A stretch of DNA of 63,611 bases, filler included, from Sphacelaria rigidula (GCA_964200075.2; 5 parts of 5 records of this genome joined end to end with filler, not necessarily neighbours in it); one strand, 5' to 3'; positions 1-12,644 are shown, counted from the whole stretch's first letter. Numbers and translations are program-made. Notes: generated by a model from the sequence alone, not told the origin.

Positions 1-3000
1 CGAGCATACGCGCGAGATAAGGAGAGGGCGTGCTATCAGGATGAGGATGTGAATCAGCCGGCAGAACTGCTGCGCGGGCGAATCGAAGTCTCGCTTTACG
101 AGGAGGAGGTTAACGAGGCCAACGCCAGCGAGCTCCACGCGGCGCTCTCTTGTGAACCTCTCCGCCTTGGGATACAGGACCTCAATTTGTCCGAGCAGCT
201 GGCTGCTCTGACAGCTGTTTTTCCGTCCTGCTCTCGTGCGTATGATCGGATCGTCACACCATGCTCGAAATGCGGTGTGGGAAGCGCCACATGCAGCTCG
301 CGCTAACGATCTGCAGGCGGCGCTTCCCACACCGCATTTCGAGCATGGTGTAACGATCCGAGCATACGCGCGAGAGCAGGAGAGGGCGTGCCTTCGGGAT
401 AAGGATGTGAAACAGGCGGCAGAACAGCCGCCCGGGCGAATCGAAGTCTTGTTCCCCGAGGAGGAGGTTAACGAGGCCAACGTAAGCGAGCTCCACGCGG
501 CGCTCTCTTGTGAACCTCTCCGCCTCGGGATACAAGACCTCGATTTGTCCGAGCAGCTGGCTGCTCTGACAGCTGTTATTCCGTCCTGCTTTTGTGCGTG
601 TGCTCGGATGGTCACACCATGCTCGGAACGCGGCGTGAAAAGCGCCGCATGCAGCTCGCGCCAACGAGCTGCATGCGGCGCTGTCCACGGCGCATTTCGA
701 GCATGGTGTAACGATCCGAGCATACGCCCGAGAGCAGGAGAGGGTGTGCTATCGAAATAAGGATGTGAAGCAGCTGTCAAAACAGCTGCGCGGACGTATG
801 GACGTCTTTATTCCCGAGGTTTGGGTCAACGAGGCCAAAGTAAGCGAGCTGCGGGCGGTGCTTCCACAGCGCATTTGGAGCATGGTGTGACGATCGGGGC
901 ATGCGCCCGAGAGCAGGAGAGGGCGTTCCATCGGGATGGGAAATCGGAGCAGCTGTCAGAACAGCTGCGCGGACGAATCGAGGTCTTGCTTTCCGAGGAG
1001 GAGGGCAACGAGGCCAAAGCAAGCGAGCTGCAGGCGGCCTTTTCACACTGCGCACTTCGAGCATGGTGAAACGATCTGAGCATACACCCGAGAGCAGGAG
1101 AGGGCGTGCTATCGGGATGCGGAATTGTAGCAGCCGGCAGAACAGCTGCGAGGACGAATCGAAGTCTTGCTTTTCATGGAGGAGGTCAACGAGGCCAACA
1201 TCAGCGAGCTCCACGGAGCGCCCTCTTGTTAACCTCTCCGCCTTGGGACGCGAGACCTCGATCTGTCCGAGCAGCTGCCCTGACAGCTGTTATCATGTCC
1301 TGCTCTCGTGCGTATGTTGGGATGGTTACATCATGCTCGAAATGTGGTGTGGGAAGCGCCGCATTTCGAGCATGGTGTAACGACCCAAAATACGCGGAAG
1401 AGCAGGAGAGGGTGTGCTGTCGGGATGGGGATGTGAAACAGCCGGCAGAACAGCTGCGAGGACGATTCGAAGTCTTGCTTTTCGAGGAGGAGGTCAACGA
1501 GGCCAACGCAATCGAGCTTCACGCGGCGCTCTCTTGTGAACCTCTCCGCCTTGGAAAGCAAGGCCTCCATCCGTCCGAGCAGCTGCTCTGACAGCTGTGT
1601 TTCTATCCTGCTCTTGTGCGTATGCTGGGATGGGTACACCATGCTCGAAATGCGGCGTGTGAAGCGCCGCCTGCAGGTCATGCTCACGAGCTGCAGGCGG
1701 CGGTGTCCACGGCGCATGTCGAGCACGGTGTTACGATCCGAGCATACGCGCGAGAGCAGGAGAGGGCGTGCTATCGGGATTGGGAATCGAAGCAGCTGTC
1801 AAAACAGGTGCGTGATCGAGTCGAGGTATTGTTATTAGAGGAGTAGGTCAACGAGGCCAACGTAAGCGAGCTCCACGCGGCGCTCTCTTGGTAACCTCTC
1901 CGCCTCGGGATACAAGACCTCGATCTTTCCGAGCAGCTGGCTGCTCTGACAGCTGCTCCTCCCTCCTGCTCTTGTGCGTATGCTCGGATCGTTACACCAT
2001 GCTCGAACTGCGGCGTGGCAAGCGCCGCCTGCAGCTCGTGCTCACGAGCTGCAGGCGGCGGTGTCCACGGCGCAGTTCGAGCATGGTGTAACGATCCGAG
2101 CATACGCCCGAGAGCAGGAGAGGGTGTGCTATCGAAATAAGGATGTGAAGCAGCTGTCAAAACAGCTGCGCGGACGAATGGACGTCTTTATTCCCGAGGT
2201 TTGGGTCAACGAGGCCAAAGTAAGCGAGCTGCGGGTGGTGCTTCCACAGCGCAGTTCGAGCATGGTGTGACGATCGGGGCATACGCCCGAGAGCAGGAGA
2301 GGGCGTTCCATTGGGATGGGAAATCGGAGCAGCTGTCAGAACAGCTGCGCGGACGAATCGAGGTCTTGCTTTCCGAGGAGGAGGGAAACGAGGCCAAAGC
2401 AAGCGAGCTGCAGGCGGCCTTTTCACACGGCGCACTTCGAGCATGGTGAAACGATCTGAGCATACACCCGAGAGCAGGAGAGGGCGTGCTATCGGGATGG
2501 GGAATCGAAGCAGCCGGCAGAACAGCTGCGAGGACGTATCGAAATCTTGCTTTCCGAGGAGGAGGTCAACGAGGCCAAAGTAAGCGAGCTCCACGCGGCG
2601 CTCTCTTGTTAACCTCTCCGCCTTGGGACGCGAGACCTCGATCTGTCCGAGCAGCTGCCCTGACAGCTGTTATCATGTCCTGCTCTCGTGCATATGCTGG
2701 GATGGTTACATCATGCTCGAAATGCGCCGTGAAAAGCGCCGCCTGCAGCTCGCGCTAACGAGCTGCAGGCGGCGCTGTACACGGCGCATTTCGAGCATGG
2801 TGTAACAATCCCACCATACGCGCGAGAGCAGGAGAGGGTGTGCTTTCGGGATGGGGAATCGAAACAGCCGGCAGAACAGCTGCGAGGACGATTCGAAGTC
2901 TTGCTTTTCGAGGAGGAGGTCAACGAGGCCGACGTAAGCGAGTTGCACGCGGCGCTCTCTTGTGAACCTCTCCACCTTGGGAAGCAAGACCTCGATCCGT

Positions 3001-6000
3001 CCGAGCAGCTGCTCTGACAGCTGTGTTTCTATTCTGCTCTCGTGCGTATGCTGGGATGAGTACACCATGCTCGAAATGCGGCGTGTGAAGCGCCGCATTT
3101 CGAGCACGGTGTTACGATCCGTACATACGCGCGAGAGCAGGAGAGGGTGTGCTCTCGGGACGGGGAATCGAAGCAGCTGTCAAAACAGGTGCGTGATCGA
3201 GTCGAGGTAATGTCTTTCGAGGAGCAGGTCACCGAGACCAAAGAAAGCGAGCTGCACGCGACGCTCTCTTGGTAACCTCTCCGCCTCGGGAAGCATGACC
3301 TAGATCCGTCCAAGCAGCTGTTCTGACAGCTGCTCCTCCCTCCTGCTCTTGTGCGTATGCTGGGATGGTTACACCATGTTCGAACATGCGGCGTGAAAAG
3401 CGCCGCCTGCAGCTCGCGCCAACGAGCTGCAGGCGGCGCTGTCCACGGCGCAGTTCGAGCATGGTGTAATGATCCGAGCATACGCGCGAGAGCAGGAGAG
3501 GGTGTGCTATCGGAATGAGGAATCGAAGCAGCTGTCGAAACAAGTGCGTGATCGAGTCGAGGTCTTGTTTTCCGAGGGGGGTGTCAACGAGGCCAAAATA
3601 AGCGAGCTGCGCGCGACGCTGTCTTGTCAACCTCTCCGCCTCAGGAAGCAAGACCTCGATCCGTCCGAGCAGCTGCTCTGACAGCTGCTCCTCCCCCATG
3701 TTCTCGTGCGTATGCTGGGATGATTACACCATGCTCGAAATGTGCCGTGGACAGCGCGGCCTGCAGCTCGTCAGCACGAGCTGCAGGCGGCGCTTTACAC
3801 GGCGCAGTTAGAGCATGGTGTAACCATCCGAGCATACGCACAAGAGCAGGAGAGGGTGTGCTATCGGGATGAGAATGTGAAGCAGCTGTCAAAACAGCTG
3901 CGCGGTCGAATCGACGTCTCGTTTTCCGAGGAGGGGGTCAACGAGGCAAAAGTGAGCGAGCTGCGGGCGGCGCTTCCACAGCGCATTTCGAGCATGGTGT
4001 AACGATCCGGGCATACGCCCGAAAGCACGGGAGGGCGTTCTATCGGGATGGGAAATCGGAGCAGCTGTCAGAACAGCTGCGCGGACGAATCGAGGTCTTG
4101 CTTTCCGAGGTGGAGGGCGACGAGGCCAAAGCAAGCGAGCTGCAGGCGACGCTTTCCACGGCGCAAATCGAGCATGGTGTAACTATCCGACCATACGCCC
4201 GGGAGCAGGAGAGGGCGAGCTATCGGGATGGGGAATCGAAGCAGCTGTCGAAACAGATGCGCGGACGAGTCGATGTCTTGTTTTCCGAGGAGGAGGTTAT
4301 CGAGGTCAAAGTAGGCGAGCTGCACGCGACGCTCTCTTGTCAACCTCTCCAGTTCGCGGAGCATGACCTCGATCCGTCCGAGCAGCTGTCAGAACAGCTG
4401 TTATTCCGTCCTGCTCTCGTGCGTATGCGCGAATGGTTACACTATGCTCGACATGCGCCGTGTATAGCGCCGCCTGCACCTCGCGCTGACGAGCTGCAGG
4501 CGGCGCTATACACGGCGCATGTCGAGCATGGTGTAACGATCCGACCATACGCGCGAGAGCAGGAGAGGGTGTGCTATCGGGATTGGGGGAACAGAGCAGC
4601 TATCAAAACAGATGCGTGGTCGAGTCGAGGTCTTGTTCTCCGAGGAGGAGGTTCACGAGGCCGAGGTAAGCGAGCTCCACGCGACGCTGTCTTGTCGACC
4701 TCTCCGCCTCGGGAAGCATGACGTCGATCCGTCCGAGCATCTGTCAGAACAGCTGCTCCTCTGTCGTGCTCTCGTGCGTGTGCGCGGATGGCTACACCAT
4801 GCTCGAAATGCGCCGTGTAAAGCGCCGCCTGCAGCTCGCGCTGACGAGATGCAGGCGGCGCTATACACGGCGCATGTCGAGCATGGTGTAACGATCCGAG
4901 CATACACGTGAGAGCAGGAGAGGGTGTGCTATCGGGATTGGGGGAACAGAGCAGCTGTCAGAACACCTGTGCGGACGAATCGACGTCTTGTTTTCCAAAG
5001 AGGGTGTCAACGAGACCAAAATAAGCGAGCTGTACACGGCGCTGTCTTGTCAACCTCTCCGCCTCAGGAAGCAAAACCTCGATGCGTACGAGCGGCTGTT
5101 CTGACAGGTGCTCCTCCCTTCTGTTCTCGTGCGTATGATCGGATGGTTACACCATGCTCGAAATGCGCCTTGAAAAGCGCCGCCTGCAGCTCGCGCTCAC
5201 GAGCTGCAGGCGGCGCTGTCCACGGCGCATTTCGAGCATGGTGTAACGATCCGAGCATACGCGCGAGAGCAGGAGAGAGTGTGCTATCGGGATGACGATG
5301 TGAAGCAGCTGTCAGAACAGCTGCGTGGACGAATCGACGTCTTGTTTTCCGAGAAGGGTGTCAACGAGACCAAAGTGAGCGAGCTGCGGGCGGCTCTTCC
5401 ACAGCGCATATCGAGCATGGTGTAACGATCCGGGCATACGCGCGAGAGCAGAAGAGGGCGTGCTATCGGGATGGGAAATCGAGGCAGCTGTCAGAACAGC
5501 TGCGCGGACGAGTCGAGGCCTTGCTGTCCGAAGTGAAGGTTCACAAGGCCAAAGTAAGCGAGCTGCTGGCGGCGCTTCCCACGGCGCATTTCGAGCATAC
5601 TCTAACGATCCCAGCATACGCGCGAGAGCAGGAAAGGGCGTGCTATCGGGATGGGGAATCGAAGCCGCTGTCAGAACAGCTGCGTGGTCGAGTCTAGGTC
5701 TTGTTTTCCGAGGAGGAGGTTCACGAGGCTGACGTAAGCGAGCTGCACGCAGCGCTGTCTTGTCAACCTCTTCGCCTTGGGAAGCGTGACCTCTATACGT
5801 CCCAGCAGCTGTGCTGACAGCTGCTCTTATGTCCTGCTCTCGTGCGTCTGCTAGGATGGTTGCACCATGCTCGAAATGCGCCGTGAAAAGTGCCGCCCGC
5901 AGCTCGCGCTAACAAGCTGCGGGCGGCGCTTTACTCGGCGCGGTTCGAGCATGGCGTAGCGATCCGAGCATACGCGCGAAAGCAGGAGAGGGTGTGCTAT

Positions 6001-8780
6001 CGGGATGAGAATGTGAAGCAGCTGTCACAACAACTGCGCCGACGAATCGACGTCTTGTTTTCTGAGGAGGGTATCGACGAGGCCAAACTAAGCGAGCTGC
6101 GGGCGGCGCTTCCACAGCGCATTTCGAGCATGGTGTAACGGTTCAGGCATACGCCCAAGAGCAGGAGAGGGTGTGCTATCGGGATCGAGGAATCGAAGCA
6201 GCTGTCAAAACAGATGCGCGGTCGAGTCTAGGTCTCGTTTTCCGAGGAGGTACACGAGGCCGAAGAAAGCGGGCTCCACGCGGCGCTCTCTTGTCAACCT
6301 CTCCGCCTCGGAAAGCATGACGTCGATCCGTTCGAGCACCTGCTTTGACAGATGTAATTCTGTCCTGCTCTCGTGCGTGTGCTCGGATGGTTACACCATG
6401 CTCGAAATGCGCCGTGAAAAGCGCCGCCTGCAGCTCGCGCTCACGAGCTGCAGGCGACGCTTTACACGGCGGTTCCGAGCATGGTGTAGCGATCCGAGCA
6501 TACGCGCGAGAGCAGGAGAAGGTGTGCTATCGGGATGGGGATATGACGCAGCTGTCAAAACAGCTGAGCGGACGAATCGAGGCCTCGCTTTCCGACGGGG
6601 AGATCAACAAGGCCAAGGTAAGCGAGCTGCTGGCGGCGCTTCCACAGCGCATTTCGAGCATGGTGTAACGGTCCGGGCATACGCCCGAGAGCAGGAGAGG
6701 GCGTGCTATCAGGATGGGGAATCGAAGCAGCTGTCAAAATAGATTCACGGTCGAGTCGAGGTCTTGCTTTCCGAGGAGGAGGTTTACGAGGCCAAAGGAA
6801 GCGAACTCCACGCGGCGCTCTTTTGTTAACCTGTCCGCGTCGGGAAGCATGGCCTCGATCCGTTCGAGCAGCTGCTTTGACAGCTGTTATTTTGTCCTGC
6901 TCTCGTGCGTATGCTGGGATGGTTACACCATCCCAGCATACGCCGAAGAGCAGGAGAAGGCGTGCTTTCGGGTTTAGGAACCGAAGCAGCTGTCAAAACA
7001 CGTGCGTCATCGACTCGAGGTCTTGTTTTCCGAAGAGGAGATCACCGAGGCCAAAGTAAGCGAGCTGCACGCGACGCTCTCTTGTTAACCTCTCCGCGTC
7101 GGGAAGCAAGACCTCGATCCGTCCGAGCAGCTGTCAGAACAGCTGTTATTCTGTCCTGCTCTCGTGCGTATGCTGGGATGGTGACACCATGCTCGAAATG
7201 CGCGGTGGAAGGCAACGCCTGCAGCTCGCGCTAACGAGCTGCGCGCGGCGCTTTACACAGCGCATTTCGAGCATGGTGTAACGATTCGAGCATACGCCCT
7301 AGAGCAGGAGAGGGTGTGCTATCGGGACGGGGAATTGAAGCAGCTGTCAAAACAGATGCGCGATCGATTCGAGGTATCGTTTTCCGAGGAGGAGGTTACC
7401 GAGGCCGAAGTAAGCGAGCTCCACGCGGCGTTCTCTTGTCAACCTCTTCGATTCGGGAAGCAAGATCTCGATCCGTCCCAGCACCTGCTTTGACAGCTGC
7501 TCCTCTGTCCTGCTCTCGTGCGTATGCTCGGAAGGTTACACCATGCTCGAAAAGCGCCGTGAAAAGCGCCGCCTGCAGCTCGCGCTCACGAGCTGCAGGC
7601 GGCGCTTTACACGGCGCTATTGAACCGGTGTAACGATGCGAGCATACGCACGAGTGCAGAAGAGGGTGTGCTCTCGGGATGAGAATGTGAAGCAGCTGTC
7701 AGAATAGCTGAGCGGACGAATCGACGTCTTGTTTTCCGAGGAGGGGGTCAACGAGGCCAAAGTAAGCGAGCTGCAGGCAACGCTTCCACAGCGCATTTCG
7801 AGCATGGTGTAACGATCCGGGCATACGCCCGAGAGCAGGAAAGGGCGTGCTATCGGGATGGGGAATCGAAGCAGCTGTCAGAACAGCTGCACGGACGAAT
7901 CGAGGTCTTCCTTTCCGAGGTGAAGGGTAACAAGGCCGAAGTGAGCGAGCTGCAGGCGGCGCTTTCCACGGCGCAGTTCGAGCATGGTGTAATGATCCGG
8001 GCATACGCCTGAGAGCAGGAGAGGGCGTGCTATCGGGATGGGGAATCGAAGCAGCTGTCAGAACAGCTGCGCGGTCGAGTCGAGGTCTTGTTTTTCGAGG
8101 AGGAGGTGAACGAGGCCAAAGTAAGCGAGCTGCGCGCGGCGCTCTCTTGTCAACCTCTCCGCGTCGGGAAGCAAGATCTCGATCCGTCCCAGCAGCTGCT
8201 TTGGCAGCTGCTGCTCTGTCCTGCTCTCGTGCGTGTGCTTGGATGGTTACACCATGCTCGGAATGCGCCGTGAAAAGCGCCGCCTGCAGCTCGCGCTCAC
8301 GAGCTGTAGGCGGCGCTTTACACGGCGCATTTCGAGCATGGTGTAACCATCCGAGCATGCGCGCGAGAGCAGGAGAGAGTGTGCTATCGGGATGACGATG
8401 TGAAGCAGCTGTCAGAACAACTGCGCGGACGAATCGACGTCTTGTTTTCCGAGGAGGGGGTCAACGAGGCCAAAGTAAGCGAGCTTCGGGCGGCGCTTCC
8501 ACAGCGCATTTCGAGCATGGTGTAACGATCCGGGCATACGCCCGAGAGCAGGAGAGGGTGAGCTATCGGGATGAGGGATTGAAGGAGCTGTCAGAACAGC
8601 TGCGCGTACGAATCGAGGTCTTGCTTTCCGAGGTGGAGGGTAACAAGGCCTGAGTAAGCGAGTTGCAGGCGACGTTTTCCACGGCGCAGTTCGAGCATGG
8701 TGTAACGATCCCAGCATACGCCCGAGAGCAGGAGAGGGCGTGATATCGGGATGGGGAATCGAAGCAGCTGTCAGAACAGA
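1..8780. repeat. ~180-bp GC-rich satellite array (~50 monomers) of forward A monomers and inverted B monomers
   Basis: The motif gagcatggtgtaacgatccgagcatacg recurs at ~180 or ~355 bp spacing. The intervening B units contain its reverse complement (cgtatgctcggatggttacaccatgctc). The array runs off the 5' end of the window and stops abruptly at ~8780. Confidence 0.95.
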
Positions 8781-8989
8781 GGTTAGAATTGTTGGGAGCC
8801 CTTTTTCTAATCATACAAAACACGATTTATGACAATATGCGAGAGCACGCCAACATTACTTTTCCAATGTGCTGGGGATATCCCAAATCAATCTTCAAAC
8901 GGGGATGCCCGGACCCATATTTTTGCTCGTCTAGAATCGTTAGGAGCCTCTGAACTAGACAAAATGTCGATTCTCAGTAGTGAAACTAA

Positions 8990-10610
8990 TGCGCGTGAGT
9001 GGTGGGTGTCTGTGAGTGTTTGTCCGGGGCTTGGTGTGTAGGTGTGGTGTTGCCTTTTTGTGTCTTGCCTTCAGCATTACGCAGACCTTGAACCTGCTTG
9101 GACTAACGATCACTTCCAGACCCGCCGCAGGTTTTAATCTGCGTGCAGATCTGGGTTCCAATTTGTACAAAACTGCTCGTCGATACTGTAGGACTTGGGA
9201 CTGTTAGGGCCTGTCTTTTCGGTCGAAAACATGGAGCGGTGGAATCGATCTGAGCGAAAAAATCTCGTTTCGATGCAGTTGGGTCCAGACTGACTGATAT
9301 TATATGTTACATAGAGCCGATCACAACAATACAGCACATCGAGCAATCTCAGCGGAGATCAAACCGTCTTTGCGACGTCTAAACACACCCCAGAACAGTG
9401 ATAGCTACAGCACATGAGAGCGGAAATGAGTATGTTTATGCTGCAGTACAGTGAGACAAGACATGTCCTACGTTTTAGTTCTTCGGCTAATTTCAAACGG
9501 GCCCTCACTGTTTGCAGGGTGCCGAACTTGAAGGCTCGGACACGATCGCCCTTCGCGCAGGTATTTTAATTTACTACAAAATCGTTCCTATGTATGGGTC
9601 CTGTGCCTAAAATTCGTGACACGGCAGGTGGTCACTCGTGTACAATATACACAGCCTGTACTGTCTGGACCGCTTGCAAGCAGGGTGTCTTGAGTGCGTG
9701 TATGCGTGTTTCGCTCAGGAGGATATGAAGGAGAAGCTGGCAACATGCAGTGCAGACAGCCCACGACTATCAGTTCACTCTGCTTACAATGCGACGTGAA
9801 GAGGACTTCAGCAACGTGCAGCTTTGTAGAGACTGCACTATTCATGAGCGTGCACACAACTCGGTTGCCCACCGTACCACGCAGTTCTGTCGCTGATGCC
9901 CACCATGAGAGAAGACGTGCAAGTTTTCACCGACAAAAAAAAACAAAGCATACCCAGCTACTGCAGTGTATTTATCCACAGGTGAAAGCGTGCTGTCCAC
10001 CTCCCCTTCCGAGTATAGGCTGTACTCTGCAAGCACAGAGAGTACAGTAGTGACGATGTTTGCGAAGACCAAATCCGGGCCAGGACTTGGACTTTGTAAT
10101 TTCCCCGAGACAGATAGCTGCACAGTCATCACGTGATCGTTTCATCGTTTCACCTTTGCCCTTTGATCTCACCCCACTTCTGTGCTTACCGGAACACCGC
10201 ATGCAGCACTAAAACTGTTACACATTCTGAAAAAATGATTGCTGTGTTGTCGTAGGAGTAGTACAGCAGCAGCAGCTGGACACTATTAAGTTTTCAACAA
10301 AAGAAGCTGATACATATAAATATGTCTTCAGGTTTTGAAAGTAAAAAACACTGTACAACTGCCGTGTTGTCTTGTGTTCAGTGTAGCACTCTGCACTCCA
10401 TATACCACTGCAGAATTGTCTTGAGTTCAGTGTACTACCCTGTACTCCAGATAATGGGGTCATGTTTTGAGCGCTTCCTGAAAAGTTCTACTTGTTTTTT
10501 TAAAAGGTCTCGAAAAGCTCTGCTTGTTTTTTCTGTCACAGAAATCAAATGCCGAATCTGGAATAGCCTAAGACAACAACCAATTGGAAAATTAGAAAAC
10601 GTTCGGTGTG
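8990..10610 (+). repeat. Dispersed repeat family, probably a non-autonomous TE, shared with 50972-52370
   Basis: Shared blocks with contig 5: cagcattac.cagaccttg.acctgc.tggactaacga, ctgcgtgcagatctgggttccaa, cttctgtgcttaccggaacaccgcatgcagc, ataatggggtcatgttttgagc and agcct.agacaacaaccaatt. Confidence 0.8.
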
Positions 10611-10789
10611 GGATAGACGACAACACGCTCCCTTGGACACTTGTGCTCTCCTGTCAGCAACAACGTAGAGTTGAAACTAATAATGAAGCTATTTTCCTCA
10701 GAGTTTGGGGTCCTACAACGGGCCCTTCAACCCGGGTGGGTGAACAAAATGATACTGCTACGACCCGGCCGACCGTTTCAGACATGATG

Positions 10790-11290
10790 ACGATAAAAAA
10801 CGCTGCAGCAGCGGAACAGGAACAGCAAAAAAGGGAGAGATCAAAACACGCTCGAGGTGTAACGCTCATGCAGAACACAGGGCGGAAGGTAAATAAATGT
10901 ACTCCAAACCCAAGCAGAAACAGAACGCACACTCATGTCCAGGGAAATGCAAGAGAAAATAGGATCGGCGAGAAATATGTACTGGAACATAATGCCCATA
11001 GAAATGTAAAAACCACTCTGCTGACCGCTTCAGACGTAATGGCGATTCAACTTCAAAATAAAAATATTGCCTGTACAAGAAAACAAATGATGAAAAAACG
11101 CTGCAGCAGCGGAACAGAAACAGCCATAAAAGAAGAGAAATTAAGCCCGCTCGAGGTGTAACGCCTGTGCGGAACACAGCGCGGCAAGCGCCGAAAGCAA
11201 ATGTACTCCAAACCCGAGCAGAAACAGAACGCACACTAATATCTAGTGAAATGCGAAAGAAAAGAGGATCAGGGAAAAGGATGTACTCGG
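10790..11290 (+). repeat. Two-copy ~300-bp direct duplication
   Basis: aaaaaacgctgcagcagcggaacag at ~10795 and ~11095. aaatgtactccaaaccc.agcagaaacagaacgcacact at ~10895 and ~11199. Confidence 0.85.
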
Positions 11291-11439
11291 AAATGACGCC
11301 CATCAAAAAGTGGAACGGGGACCCGGTAAAGACGTACTCTGAAGTCGGTGGCTTCTCAAGCCTCGACAGCAAAGTTTTACCTGTCTGCAGGAAATGAACG
11401 CATTCAACGAAAGTGTTGAATGGTATATTATTTATGGTA

Positions 11440-11570
11440 CAGTAGGTGGCCCGATATAGCGGCAAATAGTGTCAGGAGGGGAAATGCCGCTATTCACGGC
11501 GATACCGCTCAATAGCGGTAGCTTTGCCGCTATTGGGTACGGTAATAGCGGCAATTTTGCCGCTATAGGG
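11440..11570. mobile_element. One end of a Tc1/mariner-pogo-like element, same family as 40324-41816
   Basis: TA followed by cagtaggtggcccgatatagcggc matches the TIR of 40324-41816. Subterminal aatagcggc/gccgctatt repeats follow. The partner end was not found. Confidence 0.7.
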
Positions 11571-11920
11571 GAGAATGGCTGTGTGTTGTCTATGAGCGAC
11601 AGCTGTTCATGGAATCTAGTCCCCTGCGCGCGGTTGCGAAGTGGTTGTGTTCTACTCCGGGTGTGTGTGGCCTCGTCGTAGTTTGGCATTTCCAAAAAGA
11701 TTGCTCTGCTTCGTAATCGCGCTTCCACTTTTTTTTCTTCCTTTTCCTTTGTCAGGCTACTTGTTATACCTTTTATGCATCGAAAGAAGTATAAACTGTT
11801 GAAAAGCGCTTTTTTTACCCTTCTCCGTCGTTTTTGCCCCGAGTAGAGGGCTCAGCGGATGTCGACACCTCAGACCGTTCCAGAGCACCTTTGCGTTTTC
11901 CGTAGGTCACAGTGTAGTGG

Positions 11921-12110
11921 GTGAGAGGACCGCGTGCTTAAGAGGACCGCACCGTAGCTCGAAACACCTCAGTATCGACGTTTTCCAAAACATATCGGGT
12001 CAGTCCCTGCAGGTACCACGACCCTGACCCCAACACTAACCCTAACCCTGACCCCAACCATAGGGATGTTCAACTTCCGACGGGGTCCTCCAAGCACGCG
12101 GTCCTCTCAC
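11921..12110. mobile_element. MITE with 19-bp perfect TIR and internal telomere-like repeats
   Basis: gtgagaggaccgcgtgctt ... aagcacgcggtcctctcac, with ccctga/cactaa/ccctaa units at ~12022-12059. Confidence 0.75.
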
Positions 12111-12644
12111 GCATGACAACAGTTTCATTCTTGGCCAAAAATTAGAAAGTACAGTAATGGCTAGGAATTGCAGATATTCGGCACTATATTCATGGAAAGT
12201 GCAAGCTGAACGCCTCATGCGTCAGAAGTGGCCGGTAATCCAACGTGTCATAAAGTATCAACGGAAAATACGAGCGTCACCTGCAAATGACGATTTAGAG
12301 GAAATGAACTATATTTCTAGTACATTTATTCAAGTCTGGGAGTGGTCGGTGATGAGGTGATTTTGTTCCTCCGGAAAGCTCGTTCCACATCAGTAGAGAT
12401 GGACAATCTTGTTGCACTAGCGAGTGTCCTGCCTTTGTCTGTACCAGTCGGGAAGCACACGCCCCCGAGCTGCCACCCCACGTTTACCGTCATTGCGAAG
12501 ATAACAGGACAAGAGCACGGACAGCAGCTGTTCACACGGGGGTCAAATAGCACCCTGTAGGACGAGCTGCACAGGGTTCTCCACAGTCTTTGTGAAAACC
12601 CCTGTGTAGTATTTGCAAACCCTAGTACCTGTAATAGCATTTTG

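Noticed and set aside
1-8780. CRISPR-like array
   Set aside because: Whole monomers are homologous with no unique spacers, there are no cas genes, and the context is eukaryotic.
49-8823. Dozens of overlapping ORFs on both strands as a repeat-protein gene cluster
   Set aside because: They are by-products of a GC-rich, partly palindromic satellite. Frames break every few monomers and no splice structure is evident.
10322-11161. 279-aa ORF as a gene
   Set aside because: It runs through a dispersed repeat and a 300-bp duplication, and has no recognisable domain.
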